Counted from the first letter of the stretch, positions 1 through 8,354 are shown. The stretch is DNA of 51,860 bases from a candidate division WOR-3 bacterium (GCA_023129235.1 JAGMCN010000046.1:1-51860); one strand, 5' to 3'. Notes: generated by a model not told the origin, from the sequence alone. A program made the numbers and translations.

Positions 1-3000
1 TTAGAAAAGGAACCTTACCAAGCATTTGCAGATCAGCTTGAGAATTATTTAATTGCAATACACAGACTTTCGGATAGGGGGAAATATTTAAAGTCAGCTA
101 TTCTAGAGTTATTAGCACATGGATATTTTGGAATTTATACGAATGGGAATCGTTATTGGTTTCTAACTGCTTATGATTTATACCCAGCAGATGTAAGTGT
201 AACAGATTCAGAAGCACAATCATTTTGGGTAAGGAAGACCGCTATAAAAAGAAGTGATCTTATAAAAATAAAAGGAATAAATCTAGGACTAGAGCCAGGA
301 GTGGCTGGTGAAGTTGTAGGAAGTTTAGACTATGTTCCATTATTTGATACTTGGTCTAAGTCTTTAGATTTAAATATTTGTTTCACAGAGGGCGGCCAAA
401 TTGTATATCAACAGAGATTCCCAAGCCCTAAGAAATACCCGTTCTTTATAGGAACGGATATTGAGCTTTTAAATTCTTTTTATCAAAAACCGTTGATAAG
501 TTTTTTAACTCCTTTGCTTAAAAAATATCAAAAGAGTATTCAGAATGTCGAAGATTCAGCTAAGAGTATTGCAAATCCAATTTTAACTTATGATGCAGAT
601 GCAGGAATCGATGTTAATGCTCTTGAGCGAGCTTTAAGAGAAGGATATAAACGAATCATAGTAGGAAAAAGTAGTGAAGGTAAAATAGGATTTATAGCTC
701 CAGGTCGTTTACCAGAGTATGCTTTAAGAATGTCTGATGTCGGGATTGAAGGTATGATGAAACATCTGGGAATTACAGGGACCTTTTTAGGAACAGTGAC
801 TAGAGGGCTTCGGGAACGAGGGGCTTTGAATACTTTAATGAAGACTACGTTTCGTAAGTTGGGTTCAACGGTTGCGATTCTTGAGAAAGCTTTCTCAAGT
901 TTAGATCAGTATCTAATAGACTATGCTCAGTCTCACCAAATGAAATTGTCAGAAAGATCGGATCTTAAAAATATAGAGCAGATCTTTCAAGGTAAGATTC
1001 ATTATGTTCCAGTTGAGAAGTTCAAAGGTTTTGGAACTGAAGATACTCAAGAAGCTAAAAATATGGCAGTGGTTAAATGGACTAAGAAATTAGTACCACA
1101 GAGCCAAGCGTTAAGAGAGCTCGGGCATTCTCAGCCTCGGAAGCTAATAGAAAAGCAAATGGCTGAGATGAAAAGTCAACAAGAATTTTTGATAGAGGCA
1201 AAACAAAAAGCAGAGCTTCCAGTTAAAGGATTCTTAGATGAAGTTTATGATCGTTTGAAAGGACGGCTTACTGATAAATTTGCCTTGGTTCCGTTAGCAG
1301 ATGATAAAGTTTTGGTAAAATGTTCAGAAGAAGATCAAAAGACAGCTGGTTTTCTTTTAGGAGATCTAAGTGAGAAGATTTTATTGGAGAGTGTAAAGAA
1401 AGAACTACCTCCTGTTGAACAAAGAGATCTCGAAGTTAAAGAAGAGAAACCTGTTCCTGCTGAGGTAGGAGTAGAAGAAAAAGAAGTAATTAAGGAAAAA
1501 ATTCCAGTTGGACCTCCTCCGGAAGAAACAAGGGGACGACCGAGAAAGACTCCGGAAGTTCAAGCTTTAGCTAAAGCAGTACAGAAGTTAGCTAAAGAAG
1601 GAGCAAGTCCGACTCCTCAAGAAGTCTCTTCGCATTCTTTTAGCGAAGAAGAACTTAAGAAATTGATAAGCAGAAGTTATAAAATAAAAAAGCCTGAAAA
1701 ATATTTTGATTTGCCTGGACTTTATTTGGTAGAGCCTCATGCCAGGTGGATTCATAGTGGACAAAAGACTTTAATTCTTAAAGCTGTTAAGTTTAATATT
1801 GTAGATAAACCGCATTTACTTTGTGGAAAGAATTTTGTTTACGGAGTTATTAATGTGAGGCGTATTGAAGAAGATTTTGATATAGAAAAGACTAGAAAGT
1901 TTCATCTAGTATCTCCAGCTCAGGCTAGAAAATGGTGGAAAGGAAAGAAATTATATTTATATTTATTTGAATTCCATCCTTTTGAAAATCCTATACCTTA
2001 TAAAAGACCTCAGGGAGTTCAGACTTTTATAACTAAAGTAGATGTTAGAAGAGAGATGGGTTTGCCTTACACTGGAGATTTAAAACCAATTGGGCTTAAA
2101 CCTTTTAAGCTTCCAGGTCCTCATAAACCTGAGAAAAAAGCCTTTCAACCACATGAATTTTTTAAGATAGAAAGACTTAAAGAAATGATTCCAGAAGCAA
2201 GTTATGATGTGTCAGCTAAGATAGATGGATTATTAGGATTTTTATGGGTTGCTGATGGTAAGGTTCAGATGTATTCAGACGTTGGAAATCGATGGTCAGA
2301 TGATAGATTAGTTCCTATTCTGGAGACTGCTAAGAAAATATTTAAACATGATGCTCTTTTACAAGGAGAATTAGTTATGAAAGGAATAGAACGTAAAGAT
2401 GTCGCCGGCTATATTCATGCTAAGACTATACCTACTCCTGAGGAGTTAGGAGCTTTGAGATATATAGTCTGGGATATCTTATACATTCGAGACAAATCTA
2501 TAGCTAATCTACCTTTTAATAAGAGAAGTGCTGTTTTAAATCTTTATCTGTCGTATAAACCATTCCAGAAAGGAGCGATTTTACGCGTCTATCATAAGAC
2601 AGCTAAGGATCGAGAACAAATACCTGGAGTTATTAAACAGGTTGCTTCAAATGAAGGGGCTGTTATTCGAGATAATAATGCATCCTATTGGGCGACGCAT
2701 TCAACTTATAAGTTAAAATACTTATATGATATCGATGCTAAAGTTATTATAGCTGAGAAGACGAAAGATGGATTACCTATCTTTCATTGTACTTTAAGAG
2801 ATGGAACTTACATTGGACAAACTTATGCGCAGAGTCAAGTGAAAGCTAAACCAGGAGATGTTATAAGAGTTAATGTAGAACATGTAACTATTCGTCCTGA
2901 TGGTTCTGTAAACTGGTATGCTCCCAGGCCTAAATCATTCAAGGAAGGAAAGATAACTCCTAAAAGAATATCAACAACTCAGGTAGGAACAGGTGGAGCT

Positions 3001-3168
3001 GATACTTTAGATTTGATAAAAGAAATCTATCTAGCGGGTGGAGGTTCAAAAGAGAAATGGACTCGCTGGTTACCAAAGTATCAAGTTTATAAAAAGGAAG
3101 TAATGGAAAAGAAAATAGAGATGCTTAAGAAAAAAGTAAAAGCGGGAGTGCCCGCGGCTAAAACATAA
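1..3168 (+). CDS. 5'-partial multidomain protein: podovirus (T7 gp8-like) portal region + acidic/AT-hook linker + ASCH-like segment + ATP-dependent DNA ligase domain
   Basis: Frame 1 has no stop from nt 1, so the track start at 301 is an internal GTG. The N-terminal blocks (AILELLAHGYFGIYTNG; YPFFIGTDIELLNSFYQKPLISFL...KSIANPILTYDADAGI) resemble T7-type portal blocks, and the gene sits upstream of scaffold and capsid. AT-hook RGRPRK lies at 1531..1548. Ligase motifs: I KIDG (2218..2229), III LLQGELVM, IV EGAVIRD, V YKLKYLYDIDAKV. Confidence 0.6.
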   Translation, partial: LEKEPYQAFADQLENYLIAIHRLSDRGKYLKSAILELLAHGYFGIYTNGNRYWFLTAYDLYPADVSVTDSEAQSFWVRKTAIKRSDLIKIKGINLGLEPGVAGEVVGSLDYVPLFDTWSKSLDLNICFTEGGQIVYQQRFPSPKKYPFFIGTDIELLNSFYQKPLISFLTPLLKKYQKSIQNVEDSAKSIANPILTYDADAGIDVNALERALREGYKRIIVGKSSEGKIGFIAPGRLPEYALRMSDVGIEGMMKHLGITGTFLGTVTRGLRERGALNTLMKTTFRKLGSTVAILEKAFSSLDQYLIDYAQSHQMKLSERSDLKNIEQIFQGKIHYVPVEKFKGFGTEDTQEAKNMAVVKWTKKLVPQSQALRELGHSQPRKLIEKQMAEMKSQQEFLIEAKQKAELPVKGFLDEVYDRLKGRLTDKFALVPLADDKVLVKCSEEDQKTAGFLLGDLSEKILLESVKKELPPVEQRDLEVKEEKPVPAEVGVEEKEVIKEKIPVGPPPEETRGRPRKTPEVQALAKAVQKLAKEGASPTPQEVSSHSFSEEELKKLISRSYKIKKPEKYFDLPGLYLVEPHARWIHSGQKTLILKAVKFNIVDKPHLLCGKNFVYGVINVRRIEEDFDIEKTRKFHLVSPAQARKWWKGKKLYLYLFEFHPFENPIPYKRPQGVQTFITKVDVRREMGLPYTGDLKPIGLKPFKLPGPHKPEKKAFQPHEFFKIERLKEMIPEASYDVSAKIDGLLGFLWVADGKVQMYSDVGNRWSDDRLVPILETAKKIFKHDALLQGELVMKGIERKDVAGYIHAKTIPTPEELGALRYIVWDILYIRDKSIANLPFNKRSAVLNLYLSYKPFQKGAILRVYHKTAKDREQIPGVIKQVASNEGAVIRDNNASYWATHSTYKLKYLYDIDAKVIIAEKTKDGLPIFHCTLRDGTYIGQTYAQSQVKAKPGDVIRVNVEHVTIRPDGSVNWYAPRPKSFKEGKITPKRISTTQVGTGGADTLDLIKEIYLAGGGSKEKWTRWLPKYQVYKKEVMEKKIEMLKKKVKAGVPAAKT

Positions 3169-3174
3169 AGGTCG
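3167..3174 (+). promoter_or_regulatory. AAAGGTCG intergenic motif, copy 1
   Basis: The 8-mer overlaps the stop codon of the portal-ligase CDS and lies 30 nt before the ATG at 3204. An A/T-rich -10-like TTTAAT follows at 3180..3185. Confidence 0.3.
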
Positions 3175-3203
3175 TGAGTTTTAATTAATCTGAATTTTTT
3201 ATT

Positions 3204-3413
3204 ATGTCTAATCCATGGTTAGCTCTTGTTAAAGTAAAACATGCAGAAGTTAAAAAAGAAGGGAGGCTTAAAGGATCAGCTGGTCTTAGAGAAGCAATTC
3301 AACGTGCAAAGAAAGTTTATAAAGGGAAAGGAGCAATGGTAAGATCTAAGGGTCAAGGAAAAGGACAGATGCGAGGAATGGGCCAGGGTCCTATAGGAAC
3401 TCCTAAAAAATAA
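3204..3413 (+). CDS. small lysine-rich basic protein (NPW..VK..A..A.K.YK motif)
   Basis: Track ORF packed between neighbouring genes. It shares a motif with the ORFs at 5448 and 5734. No enzymatic motif seen. Confidence 0.5.
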   Translation: MSNPWLALVKVKHAEVKKEGRLKGSAGLREAIQRAKKVYKGKGAMVRSKGQGKGQMRGMGQGPIGTPKK

Positions 3414-3776
3414 ATGTTAGAAGAACCTGAGGTAACATCAAGAAGAAGAGTAATTCAAAAGCTAACACCTGTAGCTTTAGGTTCGATTACAAGACTCTTA
3501 AGAACCGTTAGAGATCTTAAGGGTAAAGTTTATATTGTTGGCGGCTTAGTAACTGAAGGAAGAACAGTAAGAGATATAGATATTGTAGTGTCTAGTCCTA
3601 AAGATATTCCAGTTATAACTAAAGCGCTTGGAAAGTATGGAAGTCTAACACATTTTATTGTGCAAAAAGATGAACCTCCAGCAAGTCTTTTTGTAAAAGT
3701 AACTGGGAAAGAAGGAACAACCCCAGATAAATTTAAAGGAAAAGGTCGGATTCCTAAGAATGAATATGCTTCTTAA
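3414..3776 (+). CDS. minimal nucleotidyltransferase (Pol-beta-fold NTase)
   Basis: VYIVGGLVTEGRTVRDIDIVV matches the G[GS]-x(9-13)-DxD signature of minimal NTases. The start codon abuts the upstream stop (TAAATG). Confidence 0.55.
   Translation: MLEEPEVTSRRRVIQKLTPVALGSITRLLRTVRDLKGKVYIVGGLVTEGRTVRDIDIVVSSPKDIPVITKALGKYGSLTHFIVQKDEPPASLFVKVTGKEGTTPDKFKGKGRIPKNEYAS
3741..3748 (+). promoter_or_regulatory. AAAGGTCG motif, copy 2 (inside the 3' end of the NTase gene)
   Basis: Lies 32 nt upstream of the ATG at 3780. TAAGAAT follows at 3755..3761. Confidence 0.25.
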
Positions 3777-3779
3777 AAT

Positions 3780-3965
3780 ATGCCTTATACTTACTATGAA
3801 GAAAAACGAAACGGAAAAACTTTCTATTGTATAAAGAGCAAGAGGTCAGGTAAGACAGCTTGTTATCTCTCGAAAGACGCTCGACAAAAAGGAGAACGTT
3901 TAAGAGAGGCGGCTGCTCATCTTTCTAAGGCACAATTTAAAAAAGCTTTTAGAATAGCAAAATGA
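3780..3965 (+). CDS. small basic hypothetical protein
   Basis: Track ORF with tight spacing to both neighbours. No recognisable motif. Confidence 0.45.
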   Translation: MPYTYYEEKRNGKTFYCIKSKRSGKTACYLSKDARQKGERLREAAAHLSKAQFKKAFRIAK

Positions 3966-3966
3966 T

Positions 3967-4950
3967 ATGGTTCATATCCCGATTCGTCCGGCTAAGGGTA
4001 AGAAACATTACCGTGTTTATAAAGAAGCCAAAGGCGAAGTTAAAACTAAAGCGCGACTTTTGAAGGAAGCTTTAAGAATTGCGCATGAGAAAGATGAACA
4101 TGTAAAAGAGATTGATTTTATTCCTGGTAAATTTACATTACAGCTTCATGGTTGGTTTAATCCTGGAATCTGGAATAATATAGGAGAGTGTGAACGATTT
4201 TTAAAGAAGGTTTTAAAAGAAGGAAAAGATCCTGTGAAAGAGTTTGAAAAGAAAGGAGGTAAGTTTCATTATGATTTAAGAACTAAAAAGAAAACGGCAC
4301 CGTCCTGGTTCGGATTAACCCCTTTTCGTGCACCATGGACTGGAACTCCAGAAAATAAAGTAATGGGTACCGTTAAAGGATACCAAGTAATTACACCTGG
4401 AGGAAAAGTTCTTCAGAAGTTTTTAGCTGAAGTAGCTGAGAAGGCTATGGCTAAAGAAGGAATAGCGGAGCGCCGAGATAGAATTGAGTGGATGAAGATT
4501 AAAGCTCAATGGTTTAAACCTGATTCACCGGGAAATCCACAGAAAGATCAGCCAGCTATTATGATTGCTATTGAATTTTATAAACCAGCTTGTATTCATA
4601 GAAGAGAATTAGATTTCTTTGATATTACTTATTTTGGAGATTATCTTAAGGGCCGATACTATAATCGTTTAGTTGAAAGAAAGATTGCGACTGATGAGCT
4701 TACAGAGTGGCAAAAGCAAGATATTAAAAAGAAGAAGGCTGCTGCTTTTTATAATCTTTCTTTCTATTTTTGGAAGGCTAAAGATCAATGGGGTGATCCT
4801 GGAACTCCTTATACTATGAAAGAAGTTCATCAAGCTGCTTTAGGAACGAAGACTTTGGCTAAAGTTGCAGCTCCGAAAAAAAAGAAACCTAAAAAAGTAA
4901 AAGAGATAAAGGAGTTGAAGCCTCCTGAAGCTACTAAAGAATTTCATTAA
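3967..4950 (+). CDS. LigD-type 3'-phosphoesterase-like protein (with an insertion)
   Basis: FTLQLHG...(about 40 aa insert)...KFHYDLRTKK..SWFGLTPFRAPW resembles the LigD PE core (QKHxxxxLHYDFRLE..SWAVPKGPS). ITYFGDYLKGRYYNRLVER resembles the PE C-terminal block (L.GekLkGrw.LvR). Alignment by eye only. Confidence 0.45.
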   Translation: MVHIPIRPAKGKKHYRVYKEAKGEVKTKARLLKEALRIAHEKDEHVKEIDFIPGKFTLQLHGWFNPGIWNNIGECERFLKKVLKEGKDPVKEFEKKGGKFHYDLRTKKKTAPSWFGLTPFRAPWTGTPENKVMGTVKGYQVITPGGKVLQKFLAEVAEKAMAKEGIAERRDRIEWMKIKAQWFKPDSPGNPQKDQPAIMIAIEFYKPACIHRRELDFFDITYFGDYLKGRYYNRLVERKIATDELTEWQKQDIKKKKAAAFYNLSFYFWKAKDQWGDPGTPYTMKEVHQAALGTKTLAKVAAPKKKKPKKVKEIKELKPPEATKEFH

Positions 4951-4951
4951 T

Positions 4952-5308
4952 ATGGAATTAAAACCACCTTATAAAATTGATCACCTTCCTATAAAAGAAC
5001 TACCAATGCAGATTATTATTTCTCCACTTAAAGAGAAATATAAACCAACAGGAAGACCTACTCGAGAATTCAGTGCTTTGAAGGAAGATATTAAAAAAAA
5101 TGGTCTTAAGGTTCCTATTTTAGTTCGAAGGGTGGGAGATAAGGAAAGACAGTTTTTTAAGATTAAGGCAGGTTTTATCTCGATTATAGATGGAGGTCAT
5201 AGATTTACAGCTTGCGAAGAGCTGGGTAAGAATGTTATCCGGTGTCGAATGATGGATCGAGATTACTGGCATAAAATAAATAATCATCTAGATTTGAGTA
5301 AGTTTTAA
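4952..5308 (+). CDS. ParB N-terminal-like nuclease domain protein
   Basis: ISIIDGGHRFTACEELG matches the ParB/sulfiredoxin DGxHR box, preceded by a PILV block (KVPILVRRV). Confidence 0.6.
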   Translation: MELKPPYKIDHLPIKELPMQIIISPLKEKYKPTGRPTREFSALKEDIKKNGLKVPILVRRVGDKERQFFKIKAGFISIIDGGHRFTACEELGKNVIRCRMMDRDYWHKINNHLDLSKF

Positions 5309-5318
5309 CCTTAGAAAC

Positions 5319-5348
5319 TTGACAAACCTTTTGGTCTTATTGTATTTT
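5319..5348 (+). promoter_or_regulatory. sigma70-like promoter
   Basis: TTGACA (5319..5324), an 18-nt spacer, then TATTTT (5343..5348) preceded by TG. Lies in the 139-nt intergenic gap before the 5448 gene. Confidence 0.45.
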
Positions 5349-5400
5349 AAGAATAGAGATAGTTTATTTTAGAAAGAGGCATAGTTCTCTTTCAGTTCTA

Positions 5401-5408
5401 AAAGGTCG
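5401..5408 (+). promoter_or_regulatory. AAAGGTCG motif, copy 3
   Basis: Intergenic, 40 nt upstream of the ATG at 5448. Confidence 0.3.
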
Positions 5409-5447
5409 AAATCAAATATCACGGTCCTGAGAACCGGTGAAAATTTT

Positions 5448-5681
5448 ATGGCTAAATTACCAGAAGGCTACGGTGCTGCTGCTCCCGAAAAAGAAGGTGC
5501 CACCGTTTACGCCAAAAAAAAGACAAGAAGGAGAGCGGCACGTGTTCTTAGAAAAGCAAAAGGGAAAGCAAAACAGTCCTATCGCGAATTCGTAAAGGAA
5601 TATCTAAAAACACATAAAGGTGCTTCAATTGTCGATGCTGCTAAAGCCTGGAAAAAGGAGAAAGGAGGTGCAGAGGCTTAG
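5448..5681 (+). CDS. small Lys/Ala-rich basic protein (possible DNA-binding/internal head protein)
   Basis: Track ORF with its own promoter-like element and flanking hairpins. The YREFVKEYLKTHKGASIVDAAKAWKKEK block is related to the 3204 and 5734 ORFs. Confidence 0.5.
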   Translation: MAKLPEGYGAAAPEKEGATVYAKKKTRRRAARVLRKAKGKAKQSYREFVKEYLKTHKGASIVDAAKAWKKEKGGAEA

Positions 5682-5733
5682 TCTTTCCTTCTTATTGCTT
5701 CCCGTCTTTTGATTTCTCGGGAAGCTACAAGCT

Positions 5734-5877
5734 ATGACCGATAATAAAAAGTCTTCAGAATCTAAAGATTATTTATCTATGGCCCGTAAGAAATATAAAG
5801 AGGGCTTACGTCCCTCTGCTAGGGCTTTAGAAAAAGCGACCCAAGAGTGGAAGCGATCTAAGATTCCAAAGGCTTAG
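5734..5877 (+). CDS. possible small basic protein (47 aa), not in the track
   Basis: ATG at 5734 to TAG at 5875..5877. Translation: MTDNKKSSESKDYLSMARKKYKEGLRPSARALEKATQEWKRSKIPKA. It shows the same motif pattern as the 3204 and 5448 products. Confidence 0.3.
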   Translation: MTDNKKSSESKDYLSMARKKYKEGLRPSARALEKATQEWKRSKIPKA

Positions 5878-5883
5878 TACAAA

Positions 5884-6750
5884 ATGTGTCCTGTAAAGAA
5901 AACAGAAACTAAACCTGAAGAGGAAGTAAAGAAAACTCCTGAAGGAGAAATGGAAGAAGCTGCAAAGAAAGCAAAATTAGATTTAGGAAAGAAAGAAGGA
6001 GATGAACAAACAGTAGGATCTGAAGATCTTAAGAAAGCAATGGACGAAAAAGATATGCAGATAGAAGGTCTTGAGGGAAAGATTGATAGTCTTCAAGATT
6101 CTCTTGATTCAGCGTTAGAAGAGATGGCTCTAAAAGGAGGAGTTCCTCCTATTGAAGAAGAGCCTATATCACCGCTGATTAAGGAAGGTGCGGAAGATGA
6201 GGTAACAAAAACTGAAACCCCTCCGCTTAAAACTGAGACGGAGACAGTTAAGCCTGAGAAGGAAACGACTCCGTCTAAGGAATCTGGTTCAAATATAGAA
6301 TCTAAATTAGAAGAAGCTATCGAAGAAGACAGACAGTTTCGAGATGGTGTGCTTCTAAGAGAAGAAGTTCGAGATCTTAAAGATGAGATGAAGGATGTGC
6401 TTGAGTTATATCCTGAAGCAAATCGTGAAGAGATTCTTAGAGATGTAGAAGATGGAATCGAAGAAGACAATCCTAATCAGGTTGAAGTCTTAGCTAAGAC
6501 TTCTGCAGAAAGACGTCAGAAGTTAGTTGAAGATACTAAAACAAAGTACGAGGAGGAACTTAGGGCGAAGCTCACGAAAGAGCAAGAGGGCGGAATTTCG
6601 GTCCCTCAGTCCCCGGGTGCTCCAACAGCTCCTAAAGTTACACCTCAAACCGAAGGCCAAGAGACTCATTCCCCTATCCGCGAGGATGTTTTGTGGGGTG
6701 ATGCTCTTCATAAGGCCAAGGAAAAATTTGTCGAAGGTGGAGGAGTTTAA
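5884..6750 (+). CDS. putative scaffolding protein (acidic, coiled-coil-like)
   Basis: Very Glu/Lys-rich, low-complexity helical sequence immediately upstream of the capsid gene. Assignment is by position and composition only. Confidence 0.5.
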   Translation: MCPVKKTETKPEEEVKKTPEGEMEEAAKKAKLDLGKKEGDEQTVGSEDLKKAMDEKDMQIEGLEGKIDSLQDSLDSALEEMALKGGVPPIEEEPISPLIKEGAEDEVTKTETPPLKTETETVKPEKETTPSKESGSNIESKLEEAIEEDRQFRDGVLLREEVRDLKDEMKDVLELYPEANREEILRDVEDGIEEDNPNQVEVLAKTSAERRQKLVEDTKTKYEEELRAKLTKEQEGGISVPQSPGAPTAPKVTPQTEGQETHSPIREDVLWGDALHKAKEKFVEGGGV

Positions 6751-6783
6751 TCTGTATAGTACTTAGAACAATTTAATATAACA

Positions 6784-7800
6784 ATGGCCGCATTAACAGA
6801 GTTAGAGACCGCAACGCAGATGTATTTTATGCCCGTGGTCCAGAATCAAATCTGGACAGTTTCTCCTATTCTACATAGGATTTTCAAGATGGCTAAGGAA
6901 GGTCAGTGGGGTTTAGCCTCACCTTCTTATGACGGTCGAGAGATCGTGGAACCTCTTGATTATCAGACTGTAGTTTCGGCAGGAGCTCAACATGGAGCTT
7001 ATAATACTGGTACTACTTGGCAGTGGGGTGAACAAGCAAGTTTAGGAGGCGCTCATTATTCATGGAAGATGTACTTTGTTGGAATTGCTATTCATAACTT
7101 AAATGTTGCTTATCAGCAAGGAAAGTCTAAGTTATTTGATTTAGCAGCTCAACGTTTGAAAAGTGCAGCTCATGTATTGAGAGACGACCTTGCTACAGAT
7201 TTTTATGCTAATAATGATGGAACTGGTGATAACATGATGGGTATGGCATCCTTAACTTCTAATACCGCTACTATTGGTGGAATTGCTCAGGGAGCTACTG
7301 GTTGGTGGCAAGTCTATAAAGACGCCCCTGGAGCCCGAGATTTATCCTGGAATATTCTAAATGTAGGATGGTATGCAACTAAGAAGTATGGTGCTCAGGA
7401 TCCTCCCACTTTATTGGTAACTACCGAAGGAGCAATGCAAGTTTATGAAGAGAACTTAACTAAAGTAACTACCACTGGTGGTGGAGCTTTAGCAAGTCTT
7501 CCTTTAGTTGCTTTGATGGCAGGTACCAAAGGTCCAAGAGTAATTGATGGTGGTTTTGAAGCATTTTATTTCAAAAGAATTCCGATGGTTTCAGATCCTT
7601 ATTGTACTGCTGGTAAACTTTATATCATTAATGAAAGATATCTCCATTGGAGAGTTTTGAAGAATTTTGAAAGCACTGGTTGGATCCAGCAAAGAGTAAA
7701 TGGTTTGGATAAAGCAACTTGTACCATCTTCGGATACGGAGCAATGACTTCATCTGCAAATCGAAAGCACGGAATTTTAGCCGACTTAAACGAAAGCTAA
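6784..7800 (+). CDS. putative major capsid protein
   Basis: 338 aa with non-biased composition, sitting after the scaffold-like gene and followed by a strong terminator. Assigned by position and size. Fold not verified. Confidence 0.6.
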   Translation: MAALTELETATQMYFMPVVQNQIWTVSPILHRIFKMAKEGQWGLASPSYDGREIVEPLDYQTVVSAGAQHGAYNTGTTWQWGEQASLGGAHYSWKMYFVGIAIHNLNVAYQQGKSKLFDLAAQRLKSAAHVLRDDLATDFYANNDGTGDNMMGMASLTSNTATIGGIAQGATGWWQVYKDAPGARDLSWNILNVGWYATKKYGAQDPPTLLVTTEGAMQVYEENLTKVTTTGGGALASLPLVALMAGTKGPRVIDGGFEAFYFKRIPMVSDPYCTAGKLYIINERYLHWRVLKNFESTGWIQQRVNGLDKATCTIFGYGAMTSSANRKHGILADLNES

Positions 7801-7848
7801 TTGGTTTATATATTGTTCATTGTCCTTCCTTGTGAGGATAAGGAAAGG

Positions 7849-7877
7849 ATCTGTTATTTGACAGATTCTTTTTTATT
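7849..7877 (+). terminator. rho-independent terminator after the capsid gene
   Basis: ATCTGT (7849..7854), loop tatttg, ACAGAT (7861..7866), then TCTTTTTTATT. A second imperfect hairpin precedes it: TCCTTCCTT (7823..7831) pairing with AAGGAAAGGA (7840..7849). Confidence 0.6.
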
Positions 7878-7886
7878 GTTTACGAT
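7858..7886 (+). promoter_or_regulatory. possible weak sigma70-like promoter overlapping the terminator
   Basis: TTGACA (7858..7863), a 17-nt spacer, then TACGAT (7881..7886). It ends 9 nt before the ATG at 7896. Confidence 0.25.
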
Positions 7887-7895
7887 AAGATTGAT

Positions 7896-8333
7896 ATGAG
7901 TATTGGAGTTAGAGTTTTTCCATATAATAAAGAGCTGGAAGAATTTTTAGAAACAAAAGGGCTTAATACAAGAGAGTCGAATGTTCATGTTCTTCATTAT
8001 TCTGGAAATAAGATTAAAGAACTTAAACATCTTTTAAAAGAAGACAAGCCGGACTTATTAGTTAATCATTCAATTCCAAGCTTTAAAGAATTTAACGATC
8101 AGATTCAGGTTTACCATCCAATTCGAACATTTGCAGATGTAATAAGACAGAAGAAAATATGGACGAATAATTTTGATTTATGTCAGCATTATTATCAAAG
8201 GCTTGGTCTTCAAAAAGAGATTCTTATAATACCTAAAAGACAAAGCAAAAAACGAGAAGTTAATTTTCAACTTGCTAGGAAGAAGGTAATAAATCTTCTT
8301 GAGAAGTTTAAAAGATTTATGCTCTGGACCTAG
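7896..8333 (+). CDS. hypothetical protein
   Basis: Track ORF of 145 aa between the capsid terminator and the giant ORF. No motif recognised. Confidence 0.5.
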   Translation: MSIGVRVFPYNKELEEFLETKGLNTRESNVHVLHYSGNKIKELKHLLKEDKPDLLVNHSIPSFKEFNDQIQVYHPIRTFADVIRQKKIWTNNFDLCQHYYQRLGLQKEILIIPKRQSKKREVNFQLARKKVINLLEKFKRFMLWT

Positions 8334-8354
8334 TTCTGTTTCAAAATCAAATAT

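Noticed and set aside
3142-3155. GC-rich hairpin GCGGG-AGTG-CCCGC at the end of the ligase CDS as a terminator
   Set aside because: It lies inside the coding sequence (KAGVPAAKT), has only 5 bp and lacks a T-run. The next gene follows 35 nt later with an AAAGGTCG copy in between.
6093-6766. Track ORFs 6093..6470 (-), 6523..6711 (-) and 6527..6766 (+) overlapping the scaffold gene
   Set aside because: They lie entirely within the acidic, low-complexity scaffold CDS. Their translations are Ser/Leu/Arg-rich mirror products of a GAA/AAG-rich sequence, and they show no start context.
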